Positions 45,446 to 57,079 of a stretch of 64,000 nucleotides of DNA are shown here, piece after piece. The DNA comes from Bacteroidales bacterium (GTDB taxonomy: Bacteria > Bacteroidota > Bacteroidia > Bacteroidales > VadinHA17), in assembly GCA_049792755.1 (NCBI GenBank), contig JBARBF010000135.1, forward strand, positions 25,415 through 89,414. The letters are read 5' to 3'. A program made the translations under genes and the position numbers. How positions within the stretch are numbered: the first letter of the stretch is position 1; each line of letters opens with the position of its first letter. Below the pieces are notes generated by a model, which was given only the letters and a program-made list of their open reading frames with translations, made no database searches and was not told where the DNA came from.

Positions 45446-46846
45446 TTATTTGACATGAGAGTCTGTCTCTGTTTTATTTTCCTCCACTTCCTCGTTACTT
45501 TCAAGTTTTGCAAACTGGAGAGGCTTTTTAAAGAAATTTGTGCGGTATGCCCCGTAAATCAAACCTACTGAAAGCCAGCTTATGCCTACGATCTTAGCTT
45601 TAATCCCAAGACTGAACCAGAGGTAAAGGCATATTGAAAAACCAAGAAGAGGAACAATAAAATGTGTAAATTTTTTGTGTTCTCCGCGCACAAAATAGTG
45701 CATGAATGAAGATATATTGACCCCCATGAAGGCAACCAGAGCTCCGAAGTTGAGGAGCTGAGCGCCCAGGGGATAGCTTAGTACAAAAACGCCGCCAAGA
45801 ATTATCACCCCAATTAGAATAATATTATTTGATGGAATTCGTGTTTTTGGATTTATTTTTGCAAAGAACTTACCGGGAATAGCATTATCTCTTCCCATTC
45901 CATAAAGCAGACGTCCGGCTCCCAGATGAGCGCCTGCACCTGATCCTATTGTTGCAACAAGCAATGCCATGTTGACTGTCTGGAAAAGCCAGGGACCACC
46001 GGCTCTTTTAGCTATAAAGCAAAATGCAGTATCCTGGTCGGGAAAAGTTGAAGCTGCCTGAGGCCAGACAAGCTGAGCGAAATATACCTGCACAGATGCC
46101 AGAATACCGGTAATAATACAAACCAGTACTGTGGCCAGAAGTATGTTACGCCGGGGGTTGTGAACCTCTTCCGATAGAGTTGAAATACCATCAAAACCTA
46201 TATAAGTAAGAACCGCAAGTGAAGCACCGGCCGAGACTGAAGAAAACGTAAATGTATTAGGATCATAAAAAGGCTTTGTCCATTCTCCGGCATTTGCCGG
46301 GGGATTTAAAAAGAGATAACGTACTGCAGCTCCCAGGAAAAGAATAATAACCACTCCAAGACCGGCAGCAATTATAGTGTTTGTACGCGAACTTGATTCA
46401 ATTCCGCGGAGGTTCATGGCTGTAAAGAGACATGTAAAGGCAACGGCATAAACTCCGAAAGGTATTTCAGGAATCAGGTTTATTGCAGCTTTGCTGATCC
46501 AGATCACGCATATAATCGGATTCATGATATAATCAAAAATCATTCCCCAGCCGACAAAATACCCCAGCGAGGGATGAATTTCCCTGCTGACATATGTATA
46601 TGCTGAACCGGCGCTTGGATAAACATTTGCCATACGTCCGTAACTGATTGCAGTGAAAAGCATGGCAACCATTCCAATCAGTATGGTCGTAACTACATGA
46701 CCTTTTGCAAGGCTTGCTGCAGCGCCGTATAATGGCATAGGGGCAGTAGGCTGGATAAGAATAATCCCGTATAATACCAGTGCGGATAATCCGAGAACAC
46801 GTTTCAGACCCGGACCTGATGGAGATGAAGTATGGTTATCACTCAT
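45446..46846 (-). CDS. APC-superfamily amino acid/polyamine permease
   Basis: 466 aa, about 12 hydrophobic helices, typical APC N-terminal block LKRVLGLSALVLYGIILIQPTAP. Substrate not assignable. Confidence 0.8.
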   Translation of the reverse strand: MSDNHTSSPSGPGLKRVLGLSALVLYGIILIQPTAPMPLYGAAASLAKGHVVTTILIGMVAMLFTAISYGRMANVYPSAGSAYTYVSREIHPSLGYFVGWGMIFDYIMNPIICVIWISKAAINLIPEIPFGVYAVAFTCLFTAMNLRGIESSSRTNTIIAAGLGVVIILFLGAAVRYLFLNPPANAGEWTKPFYDPNTFTFSSVSAGASLAVLTYIGFDGISTLSEEVHNPRRNILLATVLVCIITGILASVQVYFAQLVWPQAASTFPDQDTAFCFIAKRAGGPWLFQTVNMALLVATIGSGAGAHLGAGRLLYGMGRDNAIPGKFFAKINPKTRIPSNNIILIGVIILGGVFVLSYPLGAQLLNFGALVAFMGVNISSFMHYFVRGEHKKFTHFIVPLLGFSICLYLWFSLGIKAKIVGISWLSVGLIYGAYRTNFFKKPLQFAKLESNEEVEENKTETDSHVK

Positions 46847-47033
46847 ATGGCTGAATTATAAAAAAGATAATGACCATAAACCTAATAATTATAAACAGAA
46901 TTAAACTAGCTGGTTGCAATAAAATTGTCACAAATTATTTTTTGCAATTCGTTTTGCTGTAATGCCTGTCAATTTATTTAATTAACTTTATTACCCGCAA
47001 AATAAGTTTTTATTAACTATTATATCCTGCAAT

Positions 47034-49619
47034 ATGAAAACACGCATTGTCTTAACATTCAGCTTATTGATTGCTATTGGCATTTACTGTCGAGGACAAA
47101 TTCCTTCAGGCGAAAAGCTTATTCTTAAAGACAACTGGGCAATACAGTCGTCCAAAGAGATTAAATCAGATGCAAAAGCTATTTCTACAATTGGTTTCAA
47201 AACCGATGGATGGTACACTACCTCTGTTCCAACAACCGTTCTGGCTGCACTGGTTGCAAACAAAGTATACCCCGATCCATACTATGGAACCAACATCAAT
47301 AATCTTCCTGGCATTATTCCTTATCCGAAAAGGGATATGCCTGATGGCAGTCCGTTTAAAGTTGCATGGTGGTACCGTACGGAGTTTAAAATACCTGCCG
47401 ATTATAAAAAAATGCATACCTGGCTGCAATTCCACAGCATCAACTATAAGGCCAATATATGGCTAAACGGTAAACTAATTGCCGATACTACCACCGTCGA
47501 AGGCGCCTATCGCCTGTATAATCTTGACATCACCAAGACTGCCTTGCCAGGTGAAAATAATTGCCTGGCTCTCGAGATATTTCCTCCAAAAAAAATGGAT
47601 CTTACCATTACATGGGTTGACTGGAATCCCACTACACCCGACAGAGGCATGGGCATCTGGTACGATGTTTCCCTTCATGCAACGGGTGATGTGGCGATTG
47701 AAAATCCTCAGATAATAACGAAGCTTAATCTTCCGTCAACCGATCAGGCCAGATTAACTATTACAGCAGAGTTAAGAAATGCCGGAGAGAAAAAGATAAC
47801 AGGAGTACTTAAAGGCACTATCGAGAACATCTCTCTCTCACAGGAGATTGTTCTTGAAGCAGGAGAAGCAAAAATGGTGAGCTTTTTACCTGAGACATTT
47901 CCCCAGCTGGTAGTGGCAAATCCCCGACTCTGGTGGCCACACACTGTCGGACCCCAGAATCTTTATGACCTGAATCTCAGTTTTGAAGAATCTGGAAAAA
48001 CAACTGATACTAAAAAGATCCGGTTTGGCATCCGGGAGATCACCACCTGGATGAACAATTTCGATAAACAGCATACAAAAGTATTCCAGGTAAATGGAAA
48101 GAATATTGTAATCAGAGGAGGAGGATATGTCCAGGACCTGATGTTGCGTCCGTCAAACGAAAGGATAGATGCTGATCTTATGTATGCAAAGCACATGAAT
48201 CTTAATGCTTTAAGGATGGAAGCCCCTCGCGGATCAGATTATCTGTTTGAAAGATGCGATGAAGAGGGTATTCTGGTGATGGTCGGCTGGTGTTGCTGCA
48301 GTGCCTGGGAAGGATGGAAAAACTGGACACCTCATACCGGGGATGTAGCCGAGGCCAGCTGGAAAGATCTGATTGTTCATCTGCGTAACCATCCCTCTGT
48401 TTTGACCTGGTTGTACGGAAGCGATAATTTCCCGCCCGCTGAGATTGAAAAGCGATATTTAAAAGTATTGGATGCATATGACAACACTCGTCCTTCCGAA
48501 TCTTCAGCAACTCAAGCTCCCAGTTCAGTTGCAGGGATAACAGGGGTTCATATGGGACCATATCCGAATGTTTATGCATATGAAACTCCTTCATTCTGGT
48601 ATACAAAACTTGAATTTAATACGGAAGCAGGTCCGACAGGCGAACAAATTCCTCCAATTGAGACAATGAGAATGATGATGCCTGAAAAGGATTTGTGGCC
48701 GATGAGTCCATCGTGGGATCTGCGTCTGCATAAAGCATTTTATCCAATTGCCAGGGCAGCTCTTGAATCCCGTTATGGTAAACCGACCGGTGTGGAAGAG
48801 TATTGTGTGAAATCACAAGTGTTTCAGAATGAGGCAGTAAAGGCTATGTTCGAAGCATTTGCCGGTAATAAGTACCGTTCCAGCGGGATTATTTACTGGA
48901 TGTATAATTCCGCATGGCCCAAGATGTACTGGCAGTTATATGACTATTACTTTATGCCCAACGGAGCTTTCTATGGAGCAAAAAATGCCTGCGAACCTAT
49001 TCATATCCAGTACTGTTATGATGACCATTCAGTTAAAATTGTGAATAGCTATTATCATGATTTCAATGGACTTATTGCAAAAGTGAAAATTTTCGATTTT
49101 AATATGAAGGAAGTCTCTTCGAAAAAGATGGACGCCAGGGTATCAGCTGATGGGAGTGAGAAGATTTTTACAGTTGAACCTCCCAGGGATATTACAAAAG
49201 TTTATTTTCTGAAACTTGAATTACAGGATACAACGGGAAAACCGGTGTCTTCCAATTTCTACTGGTTAAGCTCGAATGGTGATGAGAAGGCTGATTTTAC
49301 AGATCTTAATAAACTTCCTTTGGCAACTGTAAGTGTTACTGCATCGGCTATTCAAAAGGAAGGAAATAAATGCAAATTAGCTGTTACAATTGAAAACACC
49401 GGAACAGGTCTTGCTTTTGCCGTTAATCCAAAGATTCTGAAACTGACTTCAAAAGATCCTGTATTACCGGTATTCTGGGAAGATAATTATGTTTCTCTGC
49501 TTCCGAAGGAAAAAAGGACACTGGAGGTTGAATACGATTTGAAAAACCTCGATGGTGAAAAGCCTCTTTTAAAAGTTGACGGTTGGAATGTCAGTGCAAT
49601 AGAAAAGGAGATTAAATAG
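47034..49619 (+). CDS. Glycoside hydrolase family 2 (beta-mannosidase / exo-beta-glucosaminidase-like subgroup)
   Basis: Signal peptide. LKDNWAIQSS...DGWYTTSVPTTVLAALV...PDPYYG N-terminal block. WWYRTEF, FHSINYKANIWLNG, LNALRMEAPRG, WLYGSDNFPP. Confidence 0.8.
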   Translation: MKTRIVLTFSLLIAIGIYCRGQIPSGEKLILKDNWAIQSSKEIKSDAKAISTIGFKTDGWYTTSVPTTVLAALVANKVYPDPYYGTNINNLPGIIPYPKRDMPDGSPFKVAWWYRTEFKIPADYKKMHTWLQFHSINYKANIWLNGKLIADTTTVEGAYRLYNLDITKTALPGENNCLALEIFPPKKMDLTITWVDWNPTTPDRGMGIWYDVSLHATGDVAIENPQIITKLNLPSTDQARLTITAELRNAGEKKITGVLKGTIENISLSQEIVLEAGEAKMVSFLPETFPQLVVANPRLWWPHTVGPQNLYDLNLSFEESGKTTDTKKIRFGIREITTWMNNFDKQHTKVFQVNGKNIVIRGGGYVQDLMLRPSNERIDADLMYAKHMNLNALRMEAPRGSDYLFERCDEEGILVMVGWCCCSAWEGWKNWTPHTGDVAEASWKDLIVHLRNHPSVLTWLYGSDNFPPAEIEKRYLKVLDAYDNTRPSESSATQAPSSVAGITGVHMGPYPNVYAYETPSFWYTKLEFNTEAGPTGEQIPPIETMRMMMPEKDLWPMSPSWDLRLHKAFYPIARAALESRYGKPTGVEEYCVKSQVFQNEAVKAMFEAFAGNKYRSSGIIYWMYNSAWPKMYWQLYDYYFMPNGAFYGAKNACEPIHIQYCYDDHSVKIVNSYYHDFNGLIAKVKIFDFNMKEVSSKKMDARVSADGSEKIFTVEPPRDITKVYFLKLELQDTTGKPVSSNFYWLSSNGDEKADFTDLNKLPLATVSVTASAIQKEGNKCKLAVTIENTGTGLAFAVNPKILKLTSKDPVLPVFWEDNYVSLLPKEKRTLEVEYDLKNLDGEKPLLKVDGWNVSAIEKEIK

Positions 49620-49626
49620 TCCCTTT

Positions 49627-50751
49627 CTATTTTACTCCATCAATATACCTGTTGCCGACAATTAATTTTCGCATTTCGAGCATATTGATCGGACCCTGGT
49701 TCCTGTATATAACATTACCTCCCTGTTCAATGAGTAAAGTGTAAGGTAAGGCCCCGGACCACTGGTGGTCAATAGCTTCAACAAGAGCAGAATTATTATC
49801 GCTGTTGAAAATATAGTTCTTGTTCGACGCCTCATTCTTTTGCAGAAACTTTAATACATTGTCTTTCCCTGATAATTTATCAGCATTTATTGAAATGAAT
49901 TCAAACTGACGGCTGCGGTATATTCTGTCTAGAATCACAAAATCAGGAAACTCCAGGACACAGGGGCCACACCAGGAGGCCCAGACATTAATAAGCCTCA
50001 ATTTGTCAGCTTTGTTTCTGATCAGCTCTTTTATTCCGGAAGAATCTATGTTTTCAATTATAACAGGCAATTCTGACCATTCTTTATAGAGTTTTTTTGT
50101 TCCCTCAGTTTTCCATGCCCATTTTGTAGAACATCCAAACACCTTTGTTACAGGTTTTTCTATTTTTCTTCCTATGAGAATTGCGTCTATAGCATTTTGT
50201 AATAATTCACCTTTCCCTTTTTCCATTGATTCGTCAATGCAACCAACATATTGAAGTTTACGGTCCGTGTCGAATACAAAAGCATGTGGTGTGGCCATCG
50301 GACCATATGCTATGGCTGTTTTCTGATCATCTCCGTCATAGAGATACGGGAATTTGAACCCTTTGTCTTTGGCACGTATTTTCATCTCATCAAATGAATC
50401 GCCCAGATCGGACCATCCCTGTTCCCAAAAATTGAGCGATTTGGAACTATTTGGCGATATTACGACCAATGCCACTCCTTTTGATGTGTACTTGTTATAT
50501 ATATCAATAAGCCTGTCCTGGTAAGCCTGTGCAGTAGGGCAGTGGTTGCAGCTGAAAACGATAACCAACACTTTTGAAGAAGCAAAATCAGCCAGAGCAT
50601 AATTTTTATCATCTACTCCTTTAAGAGCAAAATCAGGAGCCTGAGCCCCGATTTCGAGAGTTTTAGGTTCAGGATGTGAGTCCTGGCCAACTGTGACATA
50701 TCCGGAAAATACGATTGGCAGAATTGCAAGAAGTAATTGTTTCGTTTTCAT
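49627..50751 (-). CDS. Two-domain thioredoxin-fold (redoxin/TlpA-like) protein
   Basis: Signal peptide. First domain FSCNHCPTA. Second domain WASWCGPCVLEFP (CxxC). Confidence 0.8.
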   Translation of the reverse strand: MKTKQLLLAILPIVFSGYVTVGQDSHPEPKTLEIGAQAPDFALKGVDDKNYALADFASSKVLVIVFSCNHCPTAQAYQDRLIDIYNKYTSKGVALVVISPNSSKSLNFWEQGWSDLGDSFDEMKIRAKDKGFKFPYLYDGDDQKTAIAYGPMATPHAFVFDTDRKLQYVGCIDESMEKGKGELLQNAIDAILIGRKIEKPVTKVFGCSTKWAWKTEGTKKLYKEWSELPVIIENIDSSGIKELIRNKADKLRLINVWASWCGPCVLEFPDFVILDRIYRSRQFEFISINADKLSGKDNVLKFLQKNEASNKNYIFNSDNNSALVEAIDHQWSGALPYTLLIEQGGNVIYRNQGPINMLEMRKLIVGNRYIDGVK

Positions 50752-51024
50752 CTGGTTAAATATTTATTCCATTGGATTCCTACTCTTTGTTGCTGACTTT
50801 TTATAACCGGCTTTTGGATATCTGATTTTCATCAAGTCCGAGTACCTCAATATTTTTGAATTTTTGATGATACTTCAAAATTAACTATTTTGGGAATAAG
50901 AAGGAATATTTGTTGGCAAACGCAGCTTTTTATATAATGAGGATGTCGATGAGATTGAAAAAATAAAAACCTTAAATTTGAATTTTGTGTGTATTTATTG
51001 AAATCATTAATTCTGTAAAGAGTT

Positions 51025-51507
51025 ATGTTAAAGATATTAACTCTGCCCTTATTTATTTTTTTTCAGCAAATGCCCGTAACATTTACCGGCATTGAATATA
51101 TACAGGGTACTGATTCACTTAAAGTATCTGTCAGGATCAATTATGAATTTTTTCTTCGCGATTACCAGCAGACTATATTTGATGATCTTGATCTTGAGGT
51201 TTTGCGCAGTTTCAAACCGTTCCCTTCTGATTTGGCCAACAATTACCTGAACTCAAAAATAAACATTCTTGCTGACAAAAAACTGATTGTAGGGAAGCTG
51301 CTAAAGACAGAAGAAAATGATGCGGATGTCAGGTTCAGTATCCTATACCGTGTAGATAAGAAGCTGAAAAGCATAACTGTGAGAAATACCATTCTTACCG
51401 GGTTATACAGCAATGTGGAAAATCTCATTATTATCAGGAGCAGAAATTATGATTCAGAAATGAAGTTTACCCAGGAACACAATGAGGAGACCTTCTTTAT
51501 AAAATAA
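51025..51507 (+). CDS. Small hypothetical protein, paralog 1 of a tandem pair
   Basis: 160 aa, alignable with the next gene (MLKILTLPLF.. with MLKVLILNAL.., SLKVSVRINYEFFLRDYQ with TLKVFFRMYLDDFLRDYK). Confidence 0.6.
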   Translation: MLKILTLPLFIFFQQMPVTFTGIEYIQGTDSLKVSVRINYEFFLRDYQQTIFDDLDLEVLRSFKPFPSDLANNYLNSKINILADKKLIVGKLLKTEENDADVRFSILYRVDKKLKSITVRNTILTGLYSNVENLIIIRSRNYDSEMKFTQEHNEETFFIK

Positions 51508-51551
51508 CAGAATAAATATGCTCCGTTATTTTGACATGAATTATTAATAAG

Positions 51552-52031
51552 ATGTTAAAAGTCTTAATTTTAAATGCTTTGCTTTTTTTTCATCCCGTGC
51601 ATGTTACCCTGATAACTATAAACCAGGCTCGGGAAAGTGATACTCTGAAGGTATTTTTCCGAATGTACTTAGATGACTTCCTAAGGGACTATAAATTGTA
51701 CGATCCTGCTTTTAAACCTGAGAAAAATGGTGAAACTGACAAAATTCCTGATGAGCTGATCAAAAAGTATTTCAACGACAGAGTTCAGATTTACATTAAT
51801 CATAAACTACTACCAGGCAGTCTCTCAAAGGTCTCGACTGACAGTTATGAAATACGCCTCGACCTTGTTTACCAATCAGATAAAAGGCCAAGGAATTTCA
51901 AAATCAGAAATCAGATTCTGATCAGCCTCTATAGCGACCAGGCAAATATGGTCTATTTGAATATCAACAAATATGAGAATGCAATAAAGCTTACGGTTGA
52001 TCATTTTGATGAAGAGCTCAAAGTGAAGTGA
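51552..52031 (+). CDS. Small hypothetical protein, paralog 2 of a tandem pair
   Basis: 159 aa. N-terminal HPVHVT motif, absent from paralog 1 (QQMPVT). Confidence 0.6.
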   Translation: MLKVLILNALLFFHPVHVTLITINQARESDTLKVFFRMYLDDFLRDYKLYDPAFKPEKNGETDKIPDELIKKYFNDRVQIYINHKLLPGSLSKVSTDSYEIRLDLVYQSDKRPRNFKIRNQILISLYSDQANMVYLNINKYENAIKLTVDHFDEELKVK

Positions 52032-52193
52032 AAAGATATCTGTTCAGAAGAAGGGTTAGGCTAGAGGGGGATTATTTTCAATGATCCCATTGGGGAGAAC
52101 CTTGCAAAGCTTAAATGAACACTTCGGGTTTTATTAATTTTCCCTCATCTCCTTCAGAAAGCAAGCTTTCTTCAGAGCTTCGGCAAAATAAAT

Positions 52194-52214
52194 AATCCCG
52201 CCGTTGGCGGGATT
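52194..52214 (-). terminator. Rho-independent terminator downstream of tRNA-Ser
   Basis: aatcccgcc-gtt-ggcgggatt hairpin, followed on the minus strand by ATTTATTTTG. Confidence 0.7.
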
Positions 52215-52226
52215 CATTTAAGCTTT

Positions 52227-52315
<89 letters not shown>

Positions 52316-52381
52316 TTAATTTATGCAATGGGGTTAAAAACAGGGGCGCAAATTACAAAAATATTTTTACAAAACTAACCG

Positions 52382-53416
52382 TCAGGAAATTTCTCCTGCC
52401 AACGATACATTCAGTGATTGTACAACTTTTTCCTTTGATGAATATCTGCCCAGAAGGTGCATTAATTTTGTAACAGATGCCTCAGATGTTATGTCTTTCC
52501 CACTGATGACTCCTGCAGCAAGCATTTGCCGGCTTGTTTCATATAATCCCATTTCAACACTGCCCCCATGACACTGCGTAACATTAAGTATTATTCCACC
52601 TTTATCAATATACTGTCTCAAATCATCAATAAACCACTGATAGGTCGGAGCATTTCCCGATCCGAATGTCTCTATTATAAGGCCTCTTAATCCTTCAGTA
52701 TTTGTAACAGCATTTAGAAGTTTTCTGTTAATACCGGGGAATAGTTTAAGAATAGCAACATTTGTATCAAACCCTTTATGGACAACAAGTTTTTCATCTT
52801 TTAACGGGTAGTGAATCAGATTATTAAAATATTTTAAATGTAAACCGACCTCAGCGAGTGGGTGGTAATTAGGAGAATTGAAGGCATCAAAATGTTCTGC
52901 GCTTATTTTTGTTGAACGATTTCCGCGTGTAAGTTTATTATCAAAAAATATACAAACCTCGGGGACAGCAGGCATTCCATTTTCCCTTGCTGCAGCGAAC
53001 TCAATAGCCGTTATCAGATTCTCCCTTCCATCGGTTCGTAAGACACCTATCGGCAGCTGGGACCCGGTAAGAATGACCGGTTTTCCAAGGTTTTCAAGCA
53101 TAAAACTCAATGCTGAAGCCGAATATGCCATTGTATCTGTACCATGCAATATTACAAAACCGTCAAATTCATCATAGCCATTTTCAATTATCTCAGCCAT
53201 CTTAACCCATACTCCCGGATCGATATTTGACGAATCATTAACCGGATCAAATGAAATTGAATGAAGTTCGTAACCGAAATTTCTCAGTTCAGGCACATGA
53301 TCTGTCAGATGCCGGAAATCAATTGGCACCAGCGATCCGCTCTTCGGATCATGTACCATACCGATAGTTCCTCCAGTATAAATTATAAGAACTGAGATAT
53401 GCTCTTTATTTTCCAT
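52382..53416 (-). CDS. ansA: L-asparaginase, type I
   Basis: VLIIYTGGTIGM (catalytic Thr motif), ILHGTDTM, length 344 aa without a signal peptide. Confidence 0.9.
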   Translation of the reverse strand: MENKEHISVLIIYTGGTIGMVHDPKSGSLVPIDFRHLTDHVPELRNFGYELHSISFDPVNDSSNIDPGVWVKMAEIIENGYDEFDGFVILHGTDTMAYSASALSFMLENLGKPVILTGSQLPIGVLRTDGRENLITAIEFAAARENGMPAVPEVCIFFDNKLTRGNRSTKISAEHFDAFNSPNYHPLAEVGLHLKYFNNLIHYPLKDEKLVVHKGFDTNVAILKLFPGINRKLLNAVTNTEGLRGLIIETFGSGNAPTYQWFIDDLRQYIDKGGIILNVTQCHGGSVEMGLYETSRQMLAAGVISGKDITSEASVTKLMHLLGRYSSKEKVVQSLNVSLAGEIS

Positions 53417-53423
53417 TTTAGTG

Positions 53424-54190
53424 TCACAGATTAAAAAGTCTGACCGAATTTGAGTAAGTAATTGATGCTACATCTTCTTCTTTTAAACCAAGAATATCTG
53501 CCAGTTTTTTATTTATTATGCAAATATAGGAACTCTCATTCCTTTTTCCTCTGAATGGCACCGGAGCCAGATAAGGAGAATCCGTTTCAAGAACAATATT
53601 TTCAGGACCAATTTCACTGATAACATTATTCATTCCTGAATTTTTAAAAGTCACAATTCCGCCGATCCCGAGTTTAAATCCCATTTCTATAGCTGTCTCC
53701 GCTTCTTTTAAATTGCCGGAAAAAGCGTGGAAAACACCGTTCAATTTTTTCCCTTTAAATTCTTCGAGTATTGAAAATACCTCAGGAAATGCTTCCCTTG
53801 AGTGTATCACAACGGGTAACTCCTCACCTGATGCAAATGCAAGTTGTCTTCTGAAAGAAATCAATTGTTCTTTCAGAAAGGTTTTATCCCAATAAAGATC
53901 GATACCTATTTCTCCGACAGCAACAAATTTATGTTTTGTGACTAGTGTTTCCAGGCTATCAAGCTGTGAGAGATAATCTTCTCTGACCGATGTGGGATGA
54001 AGTCCTGTCATAGGAAAACAGATACCCCGGTATCTGTTCACTGCTGCAAGCATCTGGTCAACAGACCGTACATCAATGTTTGGTAACAGCATTTTTGAAA
54101 TACCGTTGCTAACAGCTCTGCTTACCACTTCATCCCTGTCGGTATCGAATTCCGGAAGATATAAATGTGTATGAGTATCAATAAACTGCA

Positions 54191-54191
<1 letters not shown>
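53424..54191 (-). CDS. tatD: TatD-family metal-dependent hydrolase
   Basis: FIDTHTHL, GEIGIDLYW, VIHSR, VFHAFSG, ETDSPYL. The ATG at 54191 shares one nt with the gdhA stop (TGATG). Confidence 0.9.
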
Positions 54192-55546
<1,355 letters not shown>

Positions 55547-55761
55547 TTAAAAGATTAATTGGAGGTATAAAAGTATAAAAACAAAAGGAGAAATCACTAA
55601 TTAATTGATCTTTTGACTAAGTGTCATTTTAACTCCCCGGAGATTCCTCATCCAGCCGAAGCGGGACCCGGAGCGTCAGCAGTGGATCTCCTTATCTTTT
55701 TCTGACATTATGCTAAGAGAGAAGTAAATAAACTACAAACGCGAAACGAGAAAGATTGAAT

Positions 55762-56868
55762 TTATACAGTGCGATAAAGATTCCCCGGAGAACATTTTAA
55801 TAATCCTTTAAACTCCATCTGAAGCAGGAGGGATGACAATTTGTAAACCGGAATAACAAGCGATCTGCAAATTGAATCAATTGTTAGTTCTCCTTGTTTC
55901 GAAAGCAGCTCAAATATAATCTTCTCATTATCATCAAGTTCTGAAAACAATGTTCTCTGTACTGCTGGCACTGAATTCTCAGGTTGCCAGCCAAGAAAAT
56001 ATTCAATATCATCGGAAGATTCTGCAAGAATTGCTTTGTTGTTCTTGATCAGACTGTTGCAGCCTGCTGCCCACTGATCATCGGGCCGTCCGGGTATGGC
56101 AAAAACATCCCGGTTATATGAGTTGGCAATATCTGCGGTAATAAGGGCGCCTCCTTTAATTCCGGATTCGATCACAACAGTAGCATCTGCCAGTCCTGCT
56201 ATAATCCGATTCCTTTTCAGGAAATTATTGCGCTCGGGAAGGGCATCTGAAAGGAAATCAGTCACCAGACCACCTTTGTTCACCATGGCCTTAGCAGTTG
56301 CAGCATGAATTGCGGGATAGGTGGTCTTAAATCCATGCGCCAATACTCCGATTGTCTGAATACTATTAGACAAAGCTGCTTTATGCGATGTAATATCAAT
56401 TCCATAAGCAAGACCACTTACAATTATAAGATCAGGATGACCGGCCGCAAGCCCGGCAATAATTTTCTCACATAATTCTTTTCCCCGTGTGGTAGCATTA
56501 CGTGTACCTACTACACTTAATATTTTTGGAGCATCGAGATTACAATTGCCTTTGAAGAAAAACACAACAGGGGAATCATCACACTGTCTTAGCCTGAAAG
56601 GATAATCAGTATCGAGATAAAAGTGAGTTTTGATATTACTCTTTGTTACATATTCAGCCTCTTTTTCCGCAGCTTCGAGATAAGCTCTGTCACTTATATA
56701 TTTTGCAATACCTGAACCAATTCCTGGTATTTTGATTAGATTTCTGTATGATTCATGAAATATTGGTTCTACGCTTCCAAAATGAGACACCAGTTTTCTG
56801 GCATTGATATCACCAATACGAGGTATTAAACCTAAGGCAATTTTATACTTTAGTGGCACCTCTGACAT
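55762..56868 (-). CDS. dprA: DNA-processing protein DprA
   Basis: VVGTRNATTRGKE, SGLAYGIDITSHKAAL, GGALITADIA, C-terminal winged-helix-like tail. Start set at ATG 56868, since the track start at 56892 is TTG. Confidence 0.88.
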   Translation of the reverse strand: MSEVPLKYKIALGLIPRIGDINARKLVSHFGSVEPIFHESYRNLIKIPGIGSGIAKYISDRAYLEAAEKEAEYVTKSNIKTHFYLDTDYPFRLRQCDDSPVVFFFKGNCNLDAPKILSVVGTRNATTRGKELCEKIIAGLAAGHPDLIIVSGLAYGIDITSHKAALSNSIQTIGVLAHGFKTTYPAIHAATAKAMVNKGGLVTDFLSDALPERNNFLKRNRIIAGLADATVVIESGIKGGALITADIANSYNRDVFAIPGRPDDQWAAGCNSLIKNNKAILAESSDDIEYFLGWQPENSVPAVQRTLFSELDDNEKIIFELLSKQGELTIDSICRSLVIPVYKLSSLLLQMEFKGLLKCSPGNLYRTV

Positions 56869-56955
56869 AGCACAAGAAATTGAGACAATCAAAGTTAAAA
56901 AAAAGAGCCGGATAACCAGCTCTTCTCTTTCCTAAAAATAATTCAATATTCAAAA

Positions 56956-57076
56956 TGTTGCTTGTTGCTTGTTACTGGTTCTTGACCTTAACCTTAACCT
57001 TAACCTTAACCTTAACCTTAACCTTAACCTTAACCTATACCTTAACCTATACCTCACGCCTCACGCCTCAAACCTT
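56956..57076. repeat. Compound microsatellite: (TGTTGCT) about 4 copies, (ACCTTA) 8 perfect plus about 4 degenerate copies, (CCTCACG) about 3 copies
   Basis: Heptamers at 56956-56983. Perfect hexamers at 56985-57032, then acctat/acctta/acctat/acctca to 57056. cctcacg cctcacg cctcaaa to about 57073. Confidence 0.9.
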
Positions 57077-57079
57077 TCC

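Noticed and set aside
56985-57056. ACCTTA array as a CRISPR array or telomere-like repeat
   Set aside because: The unit is 6 nt with no spacers and there are no cas genes. The repeat is internal to a gene-dense chromosomal region. It is simply a microsatellite.
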